Assembly: GCA_902798815.1 (NCBI GenBank)
Contig: CADBYH010000002.1
Span: 23,998-87,997, forward strand
Reading direction: 5' to 3'
Source of the DNA: an uncultured Erysipelotrichaceae bacterium
Lineage (GTDB): Bacteria > Bacillota_I > Bacilli_A > RF39 > UBA660
Length of the DNA stretch: 64,000 nt
Shown here: positions 39,880-49,688 of the stretch, piece after piece
How positions within the stretch are numbered: position 1 is the first letter of the stretch
Layout: every line of letters starts with the position of its first letter
Program-made: the position numbers and the translations under genes
Notes under the pieces: model-generated
Seen by the model: only the letters and a program-made list of their open reading frames with translations
Databases searched by the model: none
What the model was told of the DNA's origin: nothing

Positions 39880-39964
39880 ATATAAAATTAGTTGAAAGAA
39901 ATAAAAAAATCAATTATAATGATAATATAGGGAAAGTAAGAAAGAGTAAAGAGAGGGATATATC

Positions 39965-41434
39965 ATGTACGGAGAAGAAAAAGATGAAGTAGTTCAACTA
40001 TACTTAGACGATATTATACCTAATAGATTTCAGCCGAGAGAAGTATTTGATGAGAGAGCACTAAAAGAATTAGCTGTTTCTATTAAAGCTCACGGAGTAA
40101 TCCAACCAATAATAGTTAGAAATGTAAATGGTAAATACGAAATAATTGCAGGAGAAAGAAGATATAAAGCTTCAGCGTTGGCTGGATTAACAAAAATTCC
40201 CGCAATAATAAGAAACTTAGATGATAAAGAAAGTTCAAAGGTTGCATTATTAGAGAATCTTCAAAGAAAAAATTTAAATGCAATAGAAGAAGCAAGAACT
40301 TATCAAAAAATCTTAGAAATAGATCAAATGACTCAAGAAGAATTGGCAAAAACAATGGGAAAGAGTCAATCAGCGGTAGCAAACAAAATAAGATTATTAT
40401 CTTTATCAGAAGAAGTACAAGAAGCATTATTAAAAGAGCAAATATCAGAAAGACATGCTAGAGCCTTATTAAATTTAAAGGATCCAAAAAAGCAAAAAGA
40501 ATATTTAAAAAATGTCATAGATACAAAAATGAGTGTTAGAAAATTAGAAGCAGAGATAGAAAAAGAGTTTCCAAAAGCAAAAAAAGCTGATGATATACCA
40601 GTAAATACAACCCAGGAGGCAAGTACAACAGGATTTTTAAATAATAGTCCACTAATGCCAACATCTGTAGATGTTAATGAAGATAACTCAAATTATGGAA
40701 AAGTTGTAATTGCTCCGCCAAAAGAGGATAATGAGGAAGATATGCCAGAATCAGGAAAATTTATAAATTATGGAGAAATAGAAAAAGAGAAAAAAGAACC
40801 AGAAAGACCTCCGGTATCATCAGATATCGATATGGATAAAGTAAGAGCAACATCACAAGATATTTCAAAAAACACAACAGGTTCAGACTTAGATGGGCTA
40901 TTAAATATAGGAGATCCTATTAATCCAGCAAAACAAATTATCAATGATAATCTAATAGATATAAATCCATCTGAAGATTATTTTAATAAACCAGATTTAT
41001 CAGTTGTACAAATACCATCAGTTAATAACGTTGTTTCAGAACCAACATCAATACCAACAGTTAATAATGAACCATTAAAAATAGATGATGAAGAAGATGA
41101 TGATGACGATGAAGAACCAACAGATAATGATGAAGGGGAAGAAAAAATAGAAATACCAAATATACCTGAAGATATCTTAATGGCTACTCAAGATTCTGCT
41201 CCTAAACCAAAGGAACCAGAAAAAGAACCAGCACCAGAGCCAAAAGAAGAAAAATCAACATTGGCACCAATCCCAACAGGAAACGATGATACATCAGGAT
41301 ATACAGTAGAAGAAGCTAAGGAAAAAATATCAGCATTAATAGAAGATTTCAAAAAGAATAATGTAAAAGTAAACGCTGATGAAATGGACTTCCCAAAAGC
41401 ATACCAAGTAATTATAAAGATAGAGAAAAATTAA
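39965..41434 (+). CDS. noc: Noc-type ParB-family protein with long acidic/Pro-rich linker
   Basis: ParB box IIAGERRYKAS. The HTH GKSQSAVANKIRLL...ISERHARAL is of the Noc type (Q, K, ER). The C-terminal YQVIIKIEKN region resembles the Noc C-terminus. Located before soj-spo0J. Confidence 0.85.
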   Translation: MYGEEKDEVVQLYLDDIIPNRFQPREVFDERALKELAVSIKAHGVIQPIIVRNVNGKYEIIAGERRYKASALAGLTKIPAIIRNLDDKESSKVALLENLQRKNLNAIEEARTYQKILEIDQMTQEELAKTMGKSQSAVANKIRLLSLSEEVQEALLKEQISERHARALLNLKDPKKQKEYLKNVIDTKMSVRKLEAEIEKEFPKAKKADDIPVNTTQEASTTGFLNNSPLMPTSVDVNEDNSNYGKVVIAPPKEDNEEDMPESGKFINYGEIEKEKKEPERPPVSSDIDMDKVRATSQDISKNTTGSDLDGLLNIGDPINPAKQIINDNLIDINPSEDYFNKPDLSVVQIPSVNNVVSEPTSIPTVNNEPLKIDDEEDDDDDEEPTDNDEGEEKIEIPNIPEDILMATQDSAPKPKEPEKEPAPEPKEEKSTLAPIPTGNDDTSGYTVEEAKEKISALIEDFKKNNVKVNADEMDFPKAYQVIIKIEKN

Positions 41435-41438
41435 ACCT

Positions 41439-41467
41439 AAAAAGTAGATATAAAATCTACTTTTTTT
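41439..41467 (+). terminator. Rho-independent terminator after noc
   Basis: AAAAAGTAGAT-ATAAA-ATCTACTTTTT followed by more T residues. Confidence 0.8.
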
Positions 41468-41538
41468 AACAAAAAGATTTAAAAAATCTATAATATTTGA
41501 TACAATAAATAAGTAAAAAGTTAGACGGGTGATTTAAG

Positions 41539-42324
41539 ATGGGAAAGGTTATAGCATTAGTTAATCAAAAAGGTGGAGTAGGAAAGACAACAACAAGTAT
41601 TAATCTTTCTGCATCTCTTGCAAAACTAGGAAAAAAAGTATTATTAATTGATTTAGATCCACAAGGAAATACTACAACAGGAGTAGGAATAAACAAAGGA
41701 GAAATAGAAAAAAGCATCTATGATGCATTAATAGATAACTGTAGCATATTAGAAACTATAGTAAAAACAAAATATAAAAACTTTTATGTTATCCCTTCAA
41801 CAATAAATCTTGCTGGATTAGGAAACGAATTATATGATAAAGCAAGAACAGAAAAAGGGTTTAAAAAAGGTGAACAATTAAAAAATAAAATACAAGATTT
41901 AAAAGATAATTTTGACTATATAATCTTAGATTGTCCACCATCACTTGATATAATAACAACAAATGCTTTAACAGCAGCAAATTCAGTAATAATACCAGTT
42001 CAATGTGAATTCTTCGCATTAGAGGGAATAACTCAACTTTTAAAAACAATAATGATAGCACAAAAAACATTAAATCCATCACTTGATATAGAAGGAGTTC
42101 TATTAACAATGTTGGATTCAAGAACAAATTTAGGATTTGAGGTTGTAGAAGATATAAGGAGTTTCTTTAAAGAAAAAGTATATAATACAATTATTCCAAG
42201 ATTAGTAAAATTAACAGAAGCTCCATCACATGGAGAACCAATAATAGAATATGAACCAAACAGTAGAGGATCAGAAGCATATATTAATTTGGCAAAGGAA
42301 GTGATTGAAAGAAATGGAAAATAA
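41539..42324 (+). CDS. soj: Chromosome partitioning ATPase ParA/Soj
   Basis: Deviant Walker A NQKGGVGKTTT, DCPPS motif. Confidence 0.96.
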   Translation: MGKVIALVNQKGGVGKTTTSINLSASLAKLGKKVLLIDLDPQGNTTTGVGINKGEIEKSIYDALIDNCSILETIVKTKYKNFYVIPSTINLAGLGNELYDKARTEKGFKKGEQLKNKIQDLKDNFDYIILDCPPSLDIITTNALTAANSVIIPVQCEFFALEGITQLLKTIMIAQKTLNPSLDIEGVLLTMLDSRTNLGFEVVEDIRSFFKEKVYNTIIPRLVKLTEAPSHGEPIIEYEPNSRGSEAYINLAKEVIERNGK

Positions 42325-43219
42325 TTTACCAGAAACAGGAATTCCTAAAAGAAAAGCATTAGGAAAAGGATTAGAAGAACTTTTTAATAACGAAGTCTTA
42401 GATTATAGTTCTGTAGAAGAGAAAATTGTAACAGAGACACCTAAAGAAAACATAGAAAACATAAAAATTGCAGAATTAAGAAGTAATCCATATCAGCCAA
42501 GAAAAGTATTTGATGAAGAAGCACTAAAAGAACTAGCTATTTCAATAAAAGAACATGGAGTATTTCAGCCAATAATTGTAAAAAAATCAATAAAGGGATA
42601 TGAAATAATTGCAGGAGAAAGAAGAGTAAAAGCTTCAATGATGGCGGGATTAACAGAAATACCAGCTATAGTAAGAGATTTTAATGATACACAAATGATG
42701 GAAATTGCATTATTAGAAAACTTACAAAGAGAAAATTTATCTGCAATAGAAGAAGCAGAAGCATATAAAAAACTTCAAGAAACATTATCTTTAACACAAG
42801 AAGAATTAGCAAGAAGACTTGGAAAAAGTAGAAGTCACATAACTAATATGTTAGGGCTATTATTATTACCAGAAGAAATCCAAAAAGATATTAATGAAAA
42901 GAAAATATCAATGGGACATGCCAGAGTACTAAGTAAACTTGAAAATAAAGAACAACAAAAAGAATTAGAACAAAAAGTAATTAATGAGGGAATGAGTGTC
43001 AGAGACCTAGAAATAATAACTCAAGAACCAAGAATTATCAAAACAAACCCTCAGAAACATCAACAACAACCAAATGAATATGAATATTTACAAGAAGAAT
43101 TAAAAGAAAAGTTAGGAACAAAAGTAGTAGTCAAAAAAAATAAAATTGAAATTTCATTTGTAAATAGTAGTGATTTGAATAGAATACTAGAAGTAATGAA
43201 TATTGAGGTAGGTAGATAA
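42314..43219 (+). CDS. spo0J: Chromosome partitioning protein ParB/Spo0J
   Basis: IIAGERRVKAS ParB box. The HTH GKSRSHITN...ISMGHARVL is of the ParB type (R, G). The start is ATG 42314 or TTG 42305. Confidence 0.95.
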   Translation: MENNLPETGIPKRKALGKGLEELFNNEVLDYSSVEEKIVTETPKENIENIKIAELRSNPYQPRKVFDEEALKELAISIKEHGVFQPIIVKKSIKGYEIIAGERRVKASMMAGLTEIPAIVRDFNDTQMMEIALLENLQRENLSAIEEAEAYKKLQETLSLTQEELARRLGKSRSHITNMLGLLLLPEEIQKDINEKKISMGHARVLSKLENKEQQKELEQKVINEGMSVRDLEIITQEPRIIKTNPQKHQQQPNEYEYLQEELKEKLGTKVVVKKNKIEISFVNSSDLNRILEVMNIEVGR

Positions 43220-43220
43220 A

Positions 43221-44036
43221 ATGAATATAGAAATTGGAAATATATCAATGAATATATTCAACATAATAAATCCTATAATATACATAGTAATTGGATTAAT
43301 TATATTTAGAATTATAAAAAAAATAATACTAAAAAGCACACCAAAGCAATTAAAACTAAGACAAGAACAATTACAAAAGGTAAAAACAATAAAATATCTT
43401 ATAGTAAATATAATTAAATATATAATAATAACATGTGTAATCCTTGCAATTCTATCCCAACTTGGAGTAAATGTTAAATCTATAGTAGCAGGATTAGGAA
43501 TAGGAACAGCATTAATAGGATTAGCGTTCCAAGATTTAGCAAAAGACTTAATTGCGGGTTTTTCTATAATTACAGAAGGAGAATATGAGGTAGGAGATAC
43601 AATAGAAGTATCAGGATTTATGGGAGAAGTTGTTGCAATAGGTTTAAGAACAACAAGAATTAGAAATTTTAAAGGAGCAACAAAAATTATCGCTAATCAT
43701 TATATGGACAACATAATAAACTATAGTAATAATAATTCTTTAGCAGTTGTAGATGTATCAATATCATATGAAAATAAAGAAGAAGACATAGATAATGCAT
43801 TTAAAAGTTTATTTGAGAGAATAAAAGGAAAAATACCTAATGCAAAAAAAGAACCAGAAGTATGGGGAGTAAATGAATTATCAGATTCATCAGTAGTATA
43901 TAGAGTGGTAGTTGAAACAGAATCAATGAAACATTTTGCAACAGAAAGATATTTAAAAAAAGAAATCAAAAAAGAATTTGATAAAAAAGGAATAAAAATC
44001 CCATATACACAAATAGAGGTACACAATGGAAAATAA
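43221..44036 (+). CDS. Small-conductance mechanosensitive channel (MscS family)
   Basis: Three TM segments followed by a beta domain (GDTIEVSGFMGEVVAIGLRTTRIRNFKG). Confidence 0.88.
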   Translation: MNIEIGNISMNIFNIINPIIYIVIGLIIFRIIKKIILKSTPKQLKLRQEQLQKVKTIKYLIVNIIKYIIITCVILAILSQLGVNVKSIVAGLGIGTALIGLAFQDLAKDLIAGFSIITEGEYEVGDTIEVSGFMGEVVAIGLRTTRIRNFKGATKIIANHYMDNIINYSNNNSLAVVDVSISYENKEEDIDNAFKSLFERIKGKIPNAKKEPEVWGVNELSDSSVVYRVVVETESMKHFATERYLKKEIKKEFDKKGIKIPYTQIEVHNGK

Positions 44037-44211
44037 AGATTATAAACTTGGATCAATAGTTATTATGAAAAAACAACATCCTTGTGGAACAAACGAGTGG
44101 GAAATAGTAAGAGTAGGTGCAGATATAAAAATAAAATGCATCAATTGTGGAAGAACAGTATTGATTCCAAGAATAGAATTTAATAAAAAATTAAAACAAG
44201 TAAAAAAATAA
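44026..44211 (+). CDS. DUF951-family small protein
   Basis: 61 aa with the HPCG...C.NCGR zinc-ribbon-like pattern. It sits near ychF, as yyzM does in Bacillus. Confidence 0.75.
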   Translation: MENKDYKLGSIVIMKKQHPCGTNEWEIVRVGADIKIKCINCGRTVLIPRIEFNKKLKQVKK

Positions 44212-44220
44212 GGAGGAAAT

Positions 44221-45816
44221 ATGTACGAGAAAGGAAGATTAAAATTAAAAAAGTTCTATTTTCATCCTATAACAATGTTTATTGTATTAACATTTTTTGT
44301 AATAATTTTAAGTGGATTCTTATCATTATTACAAATGCAAGCAACATACAATACGATAAATGTTAATACAAATGAATTAGAACCAATTCTTTTAACAGTA
44401 GAAAACTTATTAACATTTGATGGTCTAAAATTTATAATTAGTAATTCAGCAAAAAATTTCTTAAGTTTTGCACCATTAGGAACATTACTAATATCATTAA
44501 TAGGTTTATCTATTGCAGAAGGAACAGGATTTATCGAAATGTTAACTAGAAGACATTTAAGTAAGATTCCAAGATATTTATTTACATTTTTAATAATACT
44601 TATATCAATAATATCATCATTAATTAATGAAATAGGATATGCCATATTAATTCCTTTAGTTGCATTAATATACTTTATTAATGAGAGAAACCCAATATTG
44701 GGTATTGTAACAGCATTTTGTGGAGTATCATTTGGATATGGAGTATCTATATTTGTTGGTTCTACAGAAGTTGCATTAATAAACTATACAAAAGTAGCAT
44801 CAAATTTAATAGATGAAAATATGCATATATCATTAACATCAAATTTATTCTTTATAATAGTTGTTACGTTTATTTTATCAATAGTAGGAACACTGATTAT
44901 TGAAAAAATAATAGCACCTAGAATTGGTAAATACAAAAAAGAAGAAGAATTGGCAACAACAGAACAATATAAATCAGTAAATATTGAGGAAGAAGAACAA
45001 AAACAAATAGAGAAAGATAAATATGAGAATAGAGGATTAAGATATGCACTTATTGTGTCTATATTATTCTTATTGTTCTTTGTGTATGCATTAATTCCAA
45101 ATTTACCAAAATCAGGAATGTTATTAGATTTAAAAGAAAAAACATATTTAAATCAGCTATTTGGGGATAATTCATATTTCCAAGATGGATTTACATATAT
45201 AGTATCAATGTTATTTGCTGTAGCAGGAATTGCTTACGGAATAGGAAGCAAAACAGTAAAGAATGATAAAGAAATAATAGAAAAATCAAGTAAAAGAATG
45301 ACAGAAATAGGAAGTATAATAATATTGATGTTTTTTGCAGCTCAATTTATTGCAGTATTTAGAAAAACAAATATTGGTCCAGTAATAACAGCATGGTTAG
45401 CAACAGCACTTGAAAGAATGCCGTTAAGTGGAATTCCACTAATTATTGTTTCTTTATTATTTATTGCATTAGCTAACCTATTTTTAACATCTCCAGCAAA
45501 CAAATGGATGATATTTTCTCCTGTAGTTGTACCAATGTTTATGCAATCAAATATATCACCACAATTTGCTCAAATAGTAATGAGAGCAGCAGATTCAATG
45601 ACAAAAGGATTTACTCCTTTGTTAGCATCATTTGTAATATATATAGGTTATTTAAATGTTTATAATTTAAAGAAAAATAGACCATATACAATAAGAAAAT
45701 CATTACAATTAATTGCCCCATACTTTTCATTAATAATGATAGCATGGATATTAATAGTTGTGTTATGGTATATTATTGGTCTACCAATAGGACCATCTGT
45801 TTATCCAACAATATAA
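44221..45816 (+). CDS. AbgT-family transporter
   Basis: Similar to AbgT end to end as I recall it (FAPLGTLL, VPMFM...FAQI..R.ADS, C-terminal GLPIGPSVYP). Confidence 0.85.
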   Translation: MYEKGRLKLKKFYFHPITMFIVLTFFVIILSGFLSLLQMQATYNTINVNTNELEPILLTVENLLTFDGLKFIISNSAKNFLSFAPLGTLLISLIGLSIAEGTGFIEMLTRRHLSKIPRYLFTFLIILISIISSLINEIGYAILIPLVALIYFINERNPILGIVTAFCGVSFGYGVSIFVGSTEVALINYTKVASNLIDENMHISLTSNLFFIIVVTFILSIVGTLIIEKIIAPRIGKYKKEEELATTEQYKSVNIEEEEQKQIEKDKYENRGLRYALIVSILFLLFFVYALIPNLPKSGMLLDLKEKTYLNQLFGDNSYFQDGFTYIVSMLFAVAGIAYGIGSKTVKNDKEIIEKSSKRMTEIGSIIILMFFAAQFIAVFRKTNIGPVITAWLATALERMPLSGIPLIIVSLLFIALANLFLTSPANKWMIFSPVVVPMFMQSNISPQFAQIVMRAADSMTKGFTPLLASFVIYIGYLNVYNLKKNRPYTIRKSLQLIAPYFSLIMIAWILIVVLWYIIGLPIGPSVYPTI

Positions 45817-45836
45817 AACACGTAAGTGTTTTTTTC
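45816..45836 (+). terminator. Rho-independent terminator
   Basis: AACAC-GTAA-GTGTT followed by TTTTT. Confidence 0.6.
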
Positions 45837-45900
45837 TTGAATAAAACTAAAAAATTATATATAATAAAGCAAGAAATAAAGCGAAGAAAGAAGGAATAAA

Positions 45901-47001
45901 ATGAGTTTAACTGCAGGAATAGTAGGATTACCAAATGTAGGAAAATCAACACTTTTCAATGCTATTACAAATCAAAAAATATTAGCAGAAAATTATCCGT
46001 TTGCGACAATAGAACCTAATGTAGGAGTAGTAACAGTACCTGATAAAAGAATGGATAAATTAAAGGAAATGTATGAACCAAATAGATTTATTCCAACAGC
46101 ATATGAATTTACAGATATAGCAGGATTAGTAAAAGGAGCCTCACAAGGAGAAGGATTAGGTAATAAATTTTTATCTCATATAAGAGAAACAGATGCAATC
46201 GTAGAGGTTGTAAGATGTTTTGATGATGGAAAGATAATTCATGTAGATGGAGTAATAGATCCAATAAGAGACATTGAAACAATTAACTTAGAACTTGCAA
46301 TAGCAGATTTAGATGTTATTAATAATAGGTTAGAAAAAGTATCAAAAAAGGCAAGAACAACAAAGAATAAAGACGATTTACTAGAAGTAGAAATTTTAGA
46401 AAAATGCAAAAAAGCATTAGAAGAAAATAAACCAATAAGACAAGTAAATCTAACAGAAGAAGAAAAGAAAGTAATAAGATCATACAGTTTCTTAACTCAA
46501 AAACCTATAATCTATCTAGCAAATATAAAAGAAGAAGAATTAGGAAATCCTGATAATGAATATGTAAAAAAAGTAAAAGAATATGCAAGTAAAGAAAATG
46601 CTAAAGTAGTAAGTTTATGTGCTAAAGTTGAAGAAGAATTAAGTGAAATGACTGATGAAGAAAAACAAGAAATGTTTGAGGCATTAGGAATAGATGAATC
46701 AGGATTAAATAAACTTATAACTGCTACATATGACATATTAGGATTAGCAACATATTTCACAGTAGGAAAAGATGAAGTAAGAGCGTGGACATTTAAGAAA
46801 GGAATGAATGCTAAACAATGTGCTGGAATAATTCATACAGATTTTGAAAAAGGATTTATAAGAGCAGAAGTAATGTCATATGATGATTTAATTGAATGTG
46901 GCAGTGAATTAAAAGTAAAAGAAGCAGGAAAGGCAAGATTAGAAGGAAAAGAATACCTAATGCAAGATGGAGATATTTGTCATTTTAGATTTAATGTATA
47001 A
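45901..47001 (+). CDS. ychF: Ribosome-binding ATPase YchF
   Basis: GIVGLPNVGKSTLFNA, TGS-domain end, 366 aa. Confidence 0.97.
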   Translation: MSLTAGIVGLPNVGKSTLFNAITNQKILAENYPFATIEPNVGVVTVPDKRMDKLKEMYEPNRFIPTAYEFTDIAGLVKGASQGEGLGNKFLSHIRETDAIVEVVRCFDDGKIIHVDGVIDPIRDIETINLELAIADLDVINNRLEKVSKKARTTKNKDDLLEVEILEKCKKALEENKPIRQVNLTEEEKKVIRSYSFLTQKPIIYLANIKEEELGNPDNEYVKKVKEYASKENAKVVSLCAKVEEELSEMTDEEKQEMFEALGIDESGLNKLITATYDILGLATYFTVGKDEVRAWTFKKGMNAKQCAGIIHTDFEKGFIRAEVMSYDDLIECGSELKVKEAGKARLEGKEYLMQDGDICHFRFNV

Positions 47002-47051
47002 AAACAATAATAAAACTAGACTTTTAAATAGATATTTGTTATAATACCATC

Positions 47052-47086
47052 GAGTATTTTAAATACTCCTTGCTGTTTATAACAGC
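47052..47086 (+). promoter_or_regulatory. Structured 5' leader of the rpsF-ssb-rpsR operon (candidate S6:S18 autoregulatory leader)
   Basis: Two hairpins, GAGTAT-TTTAA-ATACTC and GCTGTT-TAT-AACAGC, are followed by CGAAAG and the RBS. A TGTTATAAT extended -10 lies at 47037-45. Confidence 0.4.
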
Positions 47087-47113
47087 CGAAAGTCCAAAAG
47101 GAGGTGTAATGAA

Positions 47114-47401
47114 ATGAAAAAATATGAAATAATGTTCGTTGTAAGACCAGATATGGAAGAAGCAGAAATTAAAAAAACTGCAGAAGATATGAAAAAGGTT
47201 TTAAAAGACTCTAAAGCAAAAATCATTGAAGAAAAAATGATTGGACAAAAAGAGTTAGCATACGAAATTAAAAAGTTCAATACAGGATACTATTATTTAT
47301 ACGTAGTTGAAGCAAATCCTGCAGCAGAACAAGAATTTAATCGTGTAGCAAGAATTAACGAAAGCATTTTACGTTCTATTGTTGTAAGAGTTGAAGAATA
47401 A
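47114..47401 (+). CDS. rpsF: 30S ribosomal protein S6
   Basis: MKKYEIMFVVRPD... canonical S6. Confidence 0.97.
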   Translation: MKKYEIMFVVRPDMEEAEIKKTAEDMKKVLKDSKAKIIEEKMIGQKELAYEIKKFNTGYYYLYVVEANPAAEQEFNRVARINESILRSIVVRVEE

Positions 47402-47419
47402 TAAATAAGAGGTAAAAAT

Positions 47420-47899
47420 ATGAATAAAGTTTTTTTAATTGGTAGATTAACAAGAGATCCTGAATTAAGATACACAGGAAACAATACTGCAGTTGCATCA
47501 TTTACATTAGCAGTAAACAGAACATACTCAAATCAACAAGGAGATAGGGATGCTGATTTTATAAATATTGTAGTATGGAGAAAACAAGCAGAAAGTGTTA
47601 AAAATTACTTATTACAAGGAAGTCAAGTTGCTGTAGATGGAAGAATACAAACAAGAAATTATGAAGATAATAATGGACAAAAAAGATATGTAACAGAGGT
47701 TGTAGCCGATAACGTAGAGTTTTTAGGATCAAAAAATTCATCAAATAATTCAACAAATACAAATAAAAACAATAATACTGAACCAACTCCATATGATTTT
47801 GGAGATACTCCAGAACCAAAAGGAACAGATGTTGACAGCAATCCATTTGCTGACTTTGGATCAAGTATTGAAATAAGTGATGATGAATTACCATTCTAA
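47420..47899 (+). CDS. ssb: Single-stranded DNA-binding protein
   Basis: OB fold MNKVFLIGRLTRDPELRYT and acidic tip DDELPF. Confidence 0.97.
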   Translation: MNKVFLIGRLTRDPELRYTGNNTAVASFTLAVNRTYSNQQGDRDADFINIVVWRKQAESVKNYLLQGSQVAVDGRIQTRNYEDNNGQKRYVTEVVADNVEFLGSKNSSNNSTNTNKNNNTEPTPYDFGDTPEPKGTDVDSNPFADFGSSIEISDDELPF

Positions 47900-47920
47900 T
47901 AATAAAGAGGAGGAAGAAAC

Positions 47921-48136
47921 ATGGCAGAGTTTAATCGTAGAAAGAAAAAAGTATGTGCTATGTGTACTGGAAAAACAGTAGACTGGAAAGATCCAGAAAC
48001 ACTTAGAAAATATATAAATGAAAAAGGTAAAATTTTACCAAGACGTGTAACAGGAAATTGTGCAGAACATCAAAGATTTATATCAAAACAAATTAAGAGA
48101 GCGCGCGCTGTTGCTTTGTTACCATATACAAAATAA
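47921..48136 (+). CDS. rpsR: 30S ribosomal protein S18
   Basis: [15 protein letters not shown]...[12 protein letters not shown]. Confidence 0.97.
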   Translation: MAEFNRRKKKVCAMCTGKTVDWKDPETLRKYINEKGKILPRRVTGNCAEHQRFISKQIKRARAVALLPYTK

Positions 48137-48161
48137 AAATGTAGATTTCTACATTTTTTTT
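48136..48161 (+). terminator. Rho-independent terminator after rpsR
   Basis: ATGTAG-ATTT-CTACAT followed by TTTTTTT. Confidence 0.75.
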
Positions 48162-48249
48162 ATTACATTAATGATTAGACAAACACTTATATTTATTATA
48201 TAATAATAATGGGAATTTATAGGAAGGAAAGAACTATAATGGAGGAAAT

Positions 48250-49236
48250 ATGAGAATAATAAAAGAAAGAAAAAAGTTAAATAAAGCACTTTATGGTTCA
48301 AAAAACATATTCTTAATGGCACATAAAGATCTAGACTTAGATGCTTTAGGAAGTCAAGTAGGAATATCAATGATCTTAAAAAGAAAAAAGAAAAAATGTT
48401 ATATAATAATAGATGACAAAAAGCATGAAATGGGCGTTGAAAAAGTATTAAGAGAACTAGAAGGATGTATTGAAGTAATTAATAGTGAAGACATTGATAG
48501 ATATTTAAATCCTAGAAAAAACAAAAATCTTTTAATAATACTTGATACTAATAAATCAGATCTTGTTCAATCTAAAACAGTATTAAGTAAAATAGAAAAG
48601 AAATTAATAATAGATCATCATGATATAGGAAAATCTACAATTAAGAACGCAGAGAAAATAATTGATGAAAAAGCATCAAGTACCTGCGAAATGATAACTA
48701 ACTTGATTGAATATTATGATGTTGATATAGAATCTTATTATGCAACAATCCTATTATCAGGAATAGTTTTGGATACAAACAATTATACTCTAAACACAAC
48801 AGCAGATACTTATTATGCATCATATTATTTAGCAAGCTTAGGAGCAAGTGCAAAAAAAGTACAATATTTGTTAAAACAAGATATTGAAGAATACACAGAA
48901 AGACAAAAATTACTATCTGCAATAGAAACAATAGATGGAAAAATAGCTTTAACAAAAGCATCATCAAATACCCAATATCGAAGAGAAGACTTAGCAAAAG
49001 TGGCAGACACCTTATTATTTTTCAATAACATAGAAGTATCATTTGTAATTGGAAAAATAGGAAAAGATAAAATTGGTATAAGTGCTAGAAGTTTAGGGAA
49101 TTATGACATTAACAAAATTATGTCTAAAATAGGTGGAGGCGGAGACATGAATAGTGGAGCCGCAGTTTTTGAAGACTCAACAATCAGCAAAGTAGAACAA
49201 GAATTGAAAAAGTTACTAAAAGAAGAAGGAGAGTAA
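48250..49236 (+). CDS. Stand-alone DHH/DHHA1 phosphoesterase (GdpP catalytic-domain-like)
   Basis: MAHKDLDLDALGS, IIDHHD, ISARS and GGGGD motifs. It occupies the gdpP slot between rpsR and rplI. Confidence 0.88.
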   Translation: MRIIKERKKLNKALYGSKNIFLMAHKDLDLDALGSQVGISMILKRKKKKCYIIIDDKKHEMGVEKVLRELEGCIEVINSEDIDRYLNPRKNKNLLIILDTNKSDLVQSKTVLSKIEKKLIIDHHDIGKSTIKNAEKIIDEKASSTCEMITNLIEYYDVDIESYYATILLSGIVLDTNNYTLNTTADTYYASYYLASLGASAKKVQYLLKQDIEEYTERQKLLSAIETIDGKIALTKASSNTQYRREDLAKVADTLLFFNNIEVSFVIGKIGKDKIGISARSLGNYDINKIMSKIGGGGDMNSGAAVFEDSTISKVEQELKKLLKEEGE

Positions 49237-49237
49237 T

Positions 49238-49678
49238 ATGGAAGTTATTTTTATCAAAGATTTAAAAAATCAAGGTAAAAAGGGACAAATAAAAAAAGTA
49301 AAAGACGGCTATGCTGAGAATTATTTAATAAAAAACGGTTATGCAGTTAAAAAAACATCAGCAAATTTAGCAAAATTAAATCATGAACAAAAGAAAAAAG
49401 AACAAGAAGATCAGGCAAATAAGGCAAAAGCAGAAAAGCTAAAAAAAGAATTAACAAAAGTAATTTTAGAATTCAAAGTAAAAACCGGAGAAGGAGATAA
49501 AGTTTTTGGAAGTATAAGTATAAAACAAATCAAAGACGAACTTCAAAAAAAAGGATATAAAATAGAAAAAAGTAAAATAGAATTAAATAACACAATCCAA
49601 TCTTTAGGATTTCACAATGTAACAATTAATTTATATCCAGGAATAGATACAACAATCAAAGTACATGTAGTAAAATAG
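49238..49678 (+). CDS. rplI: 50S ribosomal protein L9
   Basis: MEVIFIKDLKNQGKKGQIKKVKDGYAENYL. Confidence 0.97.
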   Translation: MEVIFIKDLKNQGKKGQIKKVKDGYAENYLIKNGYAVKKTSANLAKLNHEQKKKEQEDQANKAKAEKLKKELTKVILEFKVKTGEGDKVFGSISIKQIKDELQKKGYKIEKSKIELNNTIQSLGFHNVTINLYPGIDTTIKVHVVK

Positions 49679-49688
49679 AGGTGATATT

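Noticed and set aside
41084-41140. GAT/GAA codon repeats in noc (and the similar acidic tail of rpoE at 60660-60835) considered as tandem repeats/VNTR
   Set aside because: They are imperfect codon-level low complexity encoding D/E runs. An acidic tail is normal for RpoE-delta. They are treated as protein features rather than DNA repeat elements.
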